From IMG/VR virus record IMGVR_UViG_3300027863_000006: a stretch of 44,751 nt of DNA; one strand, 5' to 3'. Shown one piece after another: positions 1 through 5,240 of this stretch. Source of the DNA: a virus. The notes below the pieces were generated by a model, which did not search any database, had not been told where the DNA came from, and worked only from the letters and a program-made list of their open reading frames with translations. Both the position numbers and the translations under genes were made by a program. How positions within the stretch are numbered: the first letter of the stretch is position 1; every line of letters begins with the position of its first letter.

Positions 1-127
1 GCTTTCAGTTCAACTAGGTCAATCATTGTTAATCTCCTTCACATCGTCTGCAATGTGTGAATGTTTGACCGCATTCCGTGCTGACTTGCCGGAGAAGTCA
101 ATACCAAGCTGCCGTGCGAGGTCAGCA
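1..127. repeat. Terminal direct repeat, identical to 44625..44751. Circular-assembly overlap.
   Basis: The first 127 nt (gctttcagttcaactaggtcaatcattg...cgaggtcagca) recur exactly at the window end. Genes read through the junction: the stop of ORF 19..402 overlaps the start of 44468..44650. Confidence 0.9.
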
Positions 128-402
128 TAACTTGCGTAGACCTTGCCGGCATACTCTACTTGAATTGCCCGCCGTCCTTTTGGGGGTGGGGTCGGCTTCC
201 TAAACAGGCTTACCTTATTGTCCTTAAAGACGAAAGCTTGCCCTTCGAGGTTAAAGCCGCACTCATCCGCATATTTTTTCAATTCATCAAGAGTGTCGAA
301 AGGCTGGTAAAGTCTCGCAAGCATTGCTTGCGTTTCTTCCTTCAAGCCCCGAATTTCCTCTTCGAGGGCTTTGATGCGTTCGAGTTTCTGCGATAAATTC
401 AT
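19..402 (-). CDS. Coiled-coil protein with C-terminal HTH-like DNA-binding region. Putative early regulator or iteron binder.
   Basis: N-terminal heptad-like segment LERIKALEEEIRGLKEETQAMLARL. The C-terminal IQVEYAGKVYASYADLARQLGIDFSGKSARNAVKH resembles NUMOD1-type HTH. RBS AAAGGGG lies upstream of the ATG. The gene sits directly downstream of the iteron array and a promoter. Confidence 0.45.
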   Translation of the reverse strand: MNLSQKLERIKALEEEIRGLKEETQAMLARLYQPFDTLDELKKYADECGFNLEGQAFVFKDNKVSLFRKPTPPPKGRRAIQVEYAGKVYASYADLARQLGIDFSGKSARNAVKHSHIADDVKEINND

Positions 403-505
403 AGTTTACCCCTTTCATATTGTGTGATTGTTACCAGAATAAAGAGAATGGTGCAAAATAGAGCTATTCCCATAACTTTGCCCTTTCATTTTGTTTTGCA
501 ATATA

Positions 506-534
506 AATATAATAAATTCTATTTCTAAATGCAA
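506..534 (-). promoter_or_regulatory. Sigma70-like promoter (TTGCAT-N17-TATATT) for gene 19..402
   Basis: The minus strand reads cacTTGCATttagaaatagaatttatTATATT. -35 is at 529..534, -10 at 506..511, with an exact 17-nt spacer. It belongs to a 42-nt module duplicated at 3867..3908. Confidence 0.5.
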
Positions 535-639
535 GTGTATACAAAAAAGGACAGAGTGTATACAAAAAAGGACAGAGTGTATACAAAAAAGGACAGGGTG
601 TATACAAAAAAGGACAGGGTGTATACAAAAAAGGACAGA
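535..639 (+). repeat. Five tandem 21-bp iterons (GTGTATACAAAAAAGGACAGR)
   Basis: Head-to-tail units at 535, 556, 577, 598 and 619 differ only at the last base. Each contains the palindromic core GTATAC. An AT-rich stretch at 490..530 lies alongside. Confidence 0.95.
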
Positions 640-658
640 GGGGCGAAACCTCTGTCCT
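626..658 (-). terminator. Rho-independent terminator of the Ubl/E2/E1/JAB operon
   Basis: 10-bp stem aggacagagg / cctctgtcct (632..641 with 649..658) and a 7-nt loop. On the minus strand a T5-6 run follows, supplied by the A-run of the last iteron. It lies 31 nt downstream of the stop of 690..1124. Confidence 0.7.
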
Positions 659-689
659 CATAGAAGTAGACGTAGACGTAGAGGAAAGC

Positions 690-1124
690 CTAAATTGGGA
701 TTTCTACCTCAACTTCACCATCCTCACGTATCAGGATAGGTTCCCTTTGCTGATATTCCCTCCAAGTTTTGGGGGAGAATAGGTAGATTATTCTCCCGGC
801 GACCTGCACGCTATTGCAGGCAACGATATCCTCAAGCAGACAAGGGATGCACATCAAACCTCCGGTTACTTTGAAGAGAGGTATGCCACTGTAAGAGTCT
901 GCAGTCCACACGTGGAAGGATTTAGGATATCCCCCCTCCTCAATCATATCTTCGCTATCCTCAAAATACACCTTATCTAACTTGAGGGGATAGTATTGGT
1001 AAGGGGAATAGAACCTATATGCATCACTTGTATACACAGGTTCCTCTACGGCAAGCTCCTTTATGAAGAAGGGAGCCTTCCTATATGCAGGAAGAAGTTC
1101 GTGGTTAATCTTTTCAATACACAT
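690..1124 (-). CDS. Hypothetical protein, fifth gene of the Ubl-conjugation operon
   Basis: 144-aa ORF with RBS GGGAG 5 nt before the ATG. It is the last gene before the operon terminator. It contains an internal ...IPLFKVTGG(88-89)LMCIPC... motif. No family was recognised. Confidence 0.6.
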   Translation of the reverse strand: MCIEKINHELLPAYRKAPFFIKELAVEEPVYTSDAYRFYSPYQYYPLKLDKVYFEDSEDMIEEGGYPKSFHVWTADSYSGIPLFKVTGGLMCIPCLLEDIVACNSVQVAGRIIYLFSPKTWREYQQREPILIREDGEVEVEIPI

Positions 1125-1241
1125 TTTATCTCCCTTTCCTTATTAATCCTACGAGAGAGGATAAAACCCAAAAGAAAAATGCTAGGAGGTAAAATCCTAT
1201 CATTACAAGTAGTGCTGTGAGGTCAGTTTTTTCCCTTATCC

Positions 1242-1943
1242 TCACTTCAACCACCTCCTCTCCTTCCAAAGGGCAACCTCATCGTCGCCTTCAATATCGG
1301 ATAGGTAAAGGTCATCGAATGGGTCAGTTTTGGGGGTAGCTGGGGGGATGGTATAGTAAGCAGGTTTGACCTTAGTAATCTTGGCAAGGTATGACCCAGA
1401 AGGGGTCACTATCTCATCATCCATTATGATTTCAGGCTTAAAGCCCACATACCCCCTATCCACCGGGTAGGATATGTGGGCGTCAGTTATACTCCCATTG
1501 CAATATAGCAATGCAATAGGAAATTGGTAACAGGTAACTGTATCAGCAGAGGAAAAGTTACGGATGCCAATAGGGTGAGCGTGAAGGATAACATTCCATC
1601 CCTCTTCTCGCTTAAGGGACAGATCCTCCTTGTAATCAACGGATGAATGAGACACCTCTTGCTCGGGAACATAAATTTGCCCATCCTCTATGATATACCC
1701 ATCCTTCTCCAGATGGGCTTTGAGCAGGAACGAAAACTCTGCATGCACTGACCTCTCAAAGCCTTTACAGCGGGCTATGAGAAAAGGTGATACATGCACG
1801 ACTCCCTTGTAGAGGATTAGCCCGCTATCCTCTATGATGGGTTCCTGTGGTCTCGGGGTAAACTGACCTGAGACCCCAGCCCTGTAAAGGTTGGTGAATG
1901 GGTCTTCCTCAGGAGGTAATGTTTTAGTCCTTTTCTTTCGCAT
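1242..1943 (-). CDS. JAB/MPN (JAMM) metallopeptidase, deubiquitinase-like
   Basis: Complete JAMM motif: upstream Glu in VHAEFSFLL (E69), then H121-A-H123-PIGIRNF-S131-S-A-D134 (HxHx7SxxD). The start overlaps the last 20 nt of the E1-like gene, and RBS AAGGA lies 7 nt upstream. Confidence 0.8.
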   Translation of the reverse strand: MRKKRTKTLPPEEDPFTNLYRAGVSGQFTPRPQEPIIEDSGLILYKGVVHVSPFLIARCKGFERSVHAEFSFLLKAHLEKDGYIIEDGQIYVPEQEVSHSSVDYKEDLSLKREEGWNVILHAHPIGIRNFSSADTVTCYQFPIALLYCNGSITDAHISYPVDRGYVGFKPEIIMDDEIVTPSGSYLAKITKVKPAYYTIPPATPKTDPFDDLYLSDIEGDDEVALWKERRWLK

Positions 1944-2517
1944 AGAAGATTCCTTTCAAAAAGGCTGGTACATCTGTTGTTAGGATTTTTTCCTCATTGA
2001 AATCCATTCCTTCCAGTGCCCTTGCTACCAGAAGGGTGGCAATTAGAACTGGTGGGACGATATAAGAAGGGGTTATTGTGTATCCTCTGCGGGGTCTATC
2101 ATCTGAAGAGTCTATGACCTCAGCACGAGGATTGGTGTGAAGGGTAAACCCCTTCCCGTTATATCCTCCCATCATTTTGACGTTTGGGATGGGAGGGGTA
2201 AGGACATCCCGGCAATCGAAGACCTCACCATCCAAAGGCTGTCCGTTCCAATTAGGATGAACATATACCTGTACAGCCTCACGGTGCTCATAGAGGACTT
2301 TAGAAAGGGCATAGGTTTTCTCCATCCCAACATCATCTAAATGGAAAGGCGTCCTATTGAGGTTAGTCCTATCCACATAATCGCTATCCCAAAGGTGTAT
2401 CTCAGGTACACCCGCTAATGCGAGGAATAACGCCGTCCAAGAACCAACGCCACCACATCCTATGACATGGGCTCTCTGCGGGATGTTTAGTTGAAGTGTC
2501 CTTTGTCGGTTATACAT
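1924..2517 (-). CDS. ThiF/MoeB/E1-like adenylyltransferase (minimal E1)
   Basis: Rossmann P-loop VIGCGGVGS. DSDYVDRTNLNRTPF matches D.D.v..sNLnRq. GMEKTYAL, VFDCRDV (the vlDctDn equivalent) and the C-terminal helix PPVLIATLLVARALEG are also present. I set the start at M20 of the tracked ORF: GGAGG lies 6 nt upstream, and the ATG overlaps the E2 stop as ATGTATAA. Confidence 0.8.
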   Translation of the reverse strand: MYNRQRTLQLNIPQRAHVIGCGGVGSWTALFLALAGVPEIHLWDSDYVDRTNLNRTPFHLDDVGMEKTYALSKVLYEHREAVQVYVHPNWNGQPLDGEVFDCRDVLTPPIPNVKMMGGYNGKGFTLHTNPRAEVIDSSDDRPRRGYTITPSYIVPPVLIATLLVARALEGMDFNEEKILTTDVPAFLKGIFYAKEKD

Positions 2518-3406
2518 ATTGTACCTCCGAATCACATTCCTCTTCAAGGTCAATATACTCGGCAAACTTCTCATCCTCTATCCAGTAGTCGGGACTAAAA
2601 CAGGAGTCAAAGTTTGCTGTTTTGAGGATTTCTGGGAGCCTTATCCCCTCGATGATGGGTTTCCCATAGAATTCTCCGACACATATACCATAGCCTAAAT
2701 CCTCCATTCCAAACCTCACATTGGGATGATGTGCCTCTTGGGCAAATACATTGAATATCCTGTGGGTGAGGGGGATGGTAAGGCGGTTAATATACAGGTC
2801 TACACCAACTTGTAGTGGGTAAATGCGTCCCTTAAAAATAGCCTGGGTTGACTGTATCCTTTTTGGGTAAACCAACAAGGTAATTTCCTCATCATCAACA
2901 GTCCTTGTCCTGACCTCCCATCCTGCACTCAAGTAGGCGGACAAAATCTTGGCTACAGCAGGATATGTAGTTTCTGAGGGGTCAGTAATAATTGAGGTCA
3001 ACAAGGGAATTGCCTTCGCTCTCTTAAGTTCCCAAATAAACCAGACAAGCCAGGAATGAACATACCCCTCTGGACGAACGTGAAGGTAAATATTATGGGA
3101 TGCATCCTCTACCATGAAAACGTCATCAGTGTAGCGGTCCTTCCATATCCTGAGAATGTGAGAGGACAATTCAGGGGAAAGAAGGTCAACATCGTGGAGT
3201 AAGGAAGCCTTAAATGGACATCTCCTTCTCAGGGTAGATAACTTCTTCCCCACGCGTAGGGCGGAATAAGGTAGTAGCTCTCCTATTTCCTCTATATCAA
3301 AGATGTTGTTTTCCAAATACACCTTATCTTTCCTATCCTCTATGGAGCCTGTGTCGCTCCACATGATGCTGTATCCTAATTGGTTAATCAGTTCCTTTGT
3401 TTCCAT
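2510..3406 (-). CDS. E2-like (UBC-fold) protein with an uncharacterised N-terminal domain
   Basis: The C-terminal part carries the E2 hallmark HHPNV(227-230)RFGMEDLGYG-IC(242)VG, that is HPN followed by a Cys. Before it lies a beta-rich F.G..YPL.V segment. About 150-200 aa at the N-terminus have no recognisable motif. RBS GGAGG is present, and the gene is translationally coupled to the E1-like gene. Confidence 0.55.
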   Translation of the reverse strand: METKELINQLGYSIMWSDTGSIEDRKDKVYLENNIFDIEEIGELLPYSALRVGKKLSTLRRRCPFKASLLHDVDLLSPELSSHILRIWKDRYTDDVFMVEDASHNIYLHVRPEGYVHSWLVWFIWELKRAKAIPLLTSIITDPSETTYPAVAKILSAYLSAGWEVRTRTVDDEEITLLVYPKRIQSTQAIFKGRIYPLQVGVDLYINRLTIPLTHRIFNVFAQEAHHPNVRFGMEDLGYGICVGEFYGKPIIEGIRLPEILKTANFDSCFSPDYWIEDEKFAEYIDLEEECDSEVQYV

Positions 3407-3430
3407 TTTTCCTCCACATTATTAAGGAGC

Positions 3431-3464
3431 GGGGCATCCCATTGCAGGTTTAATGGGATGCCCC
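3431..3464 (-). promoter_or_regulatory. Perfect 13-bp stem-loop between the Ubl and E2 genes. Attenuator or mRNA-stability element.
   Basis: ggggcatcccatt (3431..3443) pairs with aatgggatgcccc (3452..3464) around an 8-nt loop. It starts 12 nt after the Ubl stop. No U-tract follows on the minus strand. Confidence 0.6.
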
Positions 3465-3476
3465 TCTAAAGTGAGG

Positions 3477-3716
3477 CTATTTCGCCTCGTTATATTCAGC
3501 GAGGATATATGTTCCCTCGCTGAGTGGGTAAGAGGATGCTGTTACATACCCCCCATCCTCTTTTTGAAGGGTAAATAATTTGAATCCCAGCTTGCGAGCA
3601 AAAGCTCGTACTTGTTCCCTTTCCACTGGGGGAGTTAGAACCTCTTCGTCGTTCCCGTGACGGATAACGACCTTCGAGCTATCCTCGATACCTGATGATT
3701 CAACATACTCTTGCAT
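3477..3716 (-). CDS. Small ubiquitin-like (beta-grasp) protein candidate
   Basis: 79 aa from the ATG at 3716, with RBS AAGGAG 7 nt upstream; the tracked TTG start at 3743 is less likely. The pattern KVVIRHGNDEEVLT / VEREQVRAFARKLG / FKLFTLQKEDG / TYILAEY fits beta-beta-alpha-beta-beta. It is the first large gene of an E2/E1/JAB operon. It ends in ...AEYNEAK with no terminal Gly. Confidence 0.5.
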   Translation of the reverse strand: MQEYVESSGIEDSSKVVIRHGNDEEVLTPPVEREQVRAFARKLGFKLFTLQKEDGGYVTASSYPLSEGTYILAEYNEAK

Positions 3717-3739
3717 AGGTTTACTCCTTTCAGTTATGG

Positions 3740-3838
3740 TCAAGGTTTACGCCTCACTGCTGAGGCGATTGTTGCTAACATAAAGGACGCTACAAATAGC
3801 CAAAACACAATGCCTTGAATAGAGGTTAAATCGGTCAC
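3740..3838 (-). CDS. Possible 32-aa single-pass membrane micro-protein, leader cistron of the Ubl operon
   Basis: GTG start with AAAGGA 8 nt upstream. The peptide is MTDLTSIQGIVFWLFVASFMLATIASAVRRKP, a 20-aa hydrophobic core followed by RRK. It is below the ORF-track size cutoff. Its TGA lies just upstream of the Ubl RBS. Confidence 0.3.
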   Translation of the reverse strand: MTDLTSIQGIVFWLFVASFMLATIASAVRRKP

Positions 3839-3875
3839 ATTATGTATCCTTTCAAATTGTTCAACATGCGATATA

Positions 3876-3904
3876 AATATAATATAATAGAATTGCAAAA
3901 ACAA
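3876..3904 (-). promoter_or_regulatory. Sigma70-like promoter of the Ubl/E2/E1/JAB operon
   Basis: The minus strand reads cacTTGTTTttgcaattctattatatTATATT. -35 is at 3899..3904, -10 at 3876..3881, spacer 17. The alternative TTGCAA-N17-TATATC is overlapped. The module matches the promoter at 506..534. Confidence 0.5.
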
Positions 3905-3905
3905 G

Positions 3906-3924
3906 TGTCCAGTTTTGTATACAC
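3906..3924 (-). repeat. Sixth, inverted iteron copy
   Basis: The reverse complement gtgtatacaaaactggaca matches the 21-bp iteron gtgtatacaaaaaaggaca at 17 of 19 positions. It lies between the divergent promoters at 3876..3904 and 3980..4008. Confidence 0.7.
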
Positions 3925-3952
3925 TCGCCGCAACCGCTGCCGCTGCGGGTTT

Positions 3953-3974
3953 AGCAGTAGCAGTAGCAGTAGCA
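3953..3974. repeat. Hexamer microsatellite (AGCAGT)x3+
   Basis: agcagtagcagtagcagtagca, preceded by (ccgctg)x2. An analogous (gtagac)x2-gtagag triplet lies at 666..683, next to the iteron array. Confidence 0.8.
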
Positions 3975-3979
3975 AGTAT

Positions 3980-4008
3980 TTGACTTTTGGATTTTAATTT
4001 CGTATATT
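3980..4008 (+). promoter_or_regulatory. Sigma70-like promoter (TTGACT-N17-TATATT) for the plus-strand early block
   Basis: TTGACTtttggattttaatttcgTATATT with an exact 17-nt spacer, 43 nt upstream of the dam ATG. It closely resembles the promoter at 4916..4944. Confidence 0.6.
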
Positions 4009-4025
4009 ATACATATATATGTATA
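4008..4025. promoter_or_regulatory. Perfect 18-bp palindrome at the -10/+1 region. Candidate operator.
   Basis: tatacatatatatgtata is its own reverse complement and overlaps the last base of the -10 and the predicted start site. Confidence 0.45.
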
Positions 4026-4050
4026 TATACGTAGAGAATAGGGGGTACTA

Positions 4051-4884
4051 ATGTTGAAAACACCACTATTTTACTATGGGGGCAAGCTTTCCAGGCTTCA
4101 TAGTCTTTTGGAGATGATCCCCCCACATCGGATTTATGTTGAAGTCTTCGGAGGCTCGGCTGCTTTGTTAATAGCAAAAGAGCCCAGCGAAGTTGAGGTG
4201 TATAATGATATTGACCTTAATGTTGTGAACTTTTTTAGAGTACTACGTGAGCCAGCAAAATTTGTTAAGCTGTACAATATGTTGACACTAACCCCAGTAA
4301 GTCTCTATGAGTTTACAGAAGCCAAGAAAACATTGCCATTTGAAGCCGATGATGTGATGAAAGCCTACAAGTTCTTTATAGTGAACAGGCAAAGCTTTTC
4401 TGCTGCAATGCAAACTTGGGCAAGAGGTATTTCGTTCTCTATAAGAGATATAGGTAAGCTACCAGCGACATGGCTCAATGCTTTAACAAGGTTAAGCTTA
4501 ACAGCTGAGCGGTTAATGAGAGTACAAATAGACAATGTACCATTTGAAAGAGCATTTGAGCTATATGACACAGAGGAGACATTCTTTTATTGTGATCCCC
4601 CCTATGTTGCAGAGACAAGACGTTCTAAGCAAGTTTATCCCAATGAAATGAGTGATGAAGACCACAAGAGATTCTTAAGTATTGTCAACAGAGTTAAAGG
4701 CAAAGTTCTTATTTCAGGCTATGATTCAGAACTCTATAACACAAATCTCAGTATTGGCTGGCAACGTAAAGAATTTTCATCCCACGCATCCGCCGCAGGT
4801 AGGACAAGACAGACTGGCTATATTGGCAATAACAGCACAAATAACAAACAACAGCGAGTTGAAGTGCTCTGGTGGAATTATTAA
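4051..4884 (+). CDS. dam: DNA N6-adenine methyltransferase, D12 (Dam) class
   Basis: N-terminal YYGGK, SAM motif VEVFGGSAAL, NDID, and the catalytic FFYCDPPYV (DPPY). Confidence 0.9.
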   Translation: MLKTPLFYYGGKLSRLHSLLEMIPPHRIYVEVFGGSAALLIAKEPSEVEVYNDIDLNVVNFFRVLREPAKFVKLYNMLTLTPVSLYEFTEAKKTLPFEADDVMKAYKFFIVNRQSFSAAMQTWARGISFSIRDIGKLPATWLNALTRLSLTAERLMRVQIDNVPFERAFELYDTEETFFYCDPPYVAETRRSKQVYPNEMSDEDHKRFLSIVNRVKGKVLISGYDSELYNTNLSIGWQRKEFSSHASAAGRTRQTGYIGNNSTNNKQQRVEVLWWNY

Positions 4885-4915
4885 AAATTTTTAATCTTTT
4901 TTTAATCTTTGAGCA

Positions 4916-4944
4916 TTGACTTTTGAGTTGAAACATTGTATATT
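4916..4944 (+). promoter_or_regulatory. Sigma70-like promoter (TTGACT-N17-TATATT)
   Basis: TTGACTtttgagttgaaacattgTATATT. It shares TTGACTTTTG and GTATATT with the promoter at 3980..4008. Confidence 0.6.
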
Positions 4945-4988
4945 GTATATGTGAATAATGAAGTCAAACATAAGAAAGGAGATTGAAA

Positions 4989-5240
4989 ATGTTGACACGA
5001 AAGGATTACCGAAAGATTGCAGATGAGTTGTGTAAAATTAACCCCAATATGTGGATGTGGCGTGAATGCCCTGAGGCTGAGGTTGCGGGTGTTCTGCTTG
5101 GATTTCTATTTAAGCAGGAGAATTTCGACTATCAGAAATTTTACGACTACGTCCGCAAGAGAAACGAGAAAATAGGAGACCTCATTAGTATGTACCACGC
5201 AAACATGTATTTCAAAGGTCATACGGAGGGGACAAGATGA
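4989..5240 (+). CDS. Hypothetical protein
   Basis: ATG at 4989 with AAGGAG 7 nt upstream; the tracked TTG at 4983 is less likely. The stop overlaps the next start. Confidence 0.6.
   Translation: MLTRKDYRKIADELCKINPNMWMWRECPEAEVAGVLLGFLFKQENFDYQKFYDYVRKRNEKIGDLISMYHANMYFKGHTEGTR

Noticed and set aside
1-127. The terminal repeat as biological direct terminal repeats
   Set aside because: The exact 127-nt length matches a typical assembler k-mer overlap, and genes are coupled across the junction. This is more likely a circularisation artefact, though true termini cannot be excluded without reads.
535-639. The repeat array as a CRISPR locus
   Set aside because: The units are contiguous with no spacers, are only 21 bp long, and no cas genes are present.
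464-739. Tracked ORFs 464..661 (-) and 491..739 (+) with repetitive peptides (CPFLYT..., IQKRTE...)
   Set aside because: They are translations of the 21-bp iteron array and the terminator hairpin. They have no RBS, and their periodic sequence mirrors the DNA repeat. I treat the region as non-coding.
690-3743. The E1/E2/JAB genes as a CBASS Cap2/Cap3 module
   Set aside because: No CD-NTase or effector gene is present. E1 and E2 are separate proteins rather than a Cap2-like fusion, and a small beta-grasp candidate leads the operon. A Bil-like organisation fits better.
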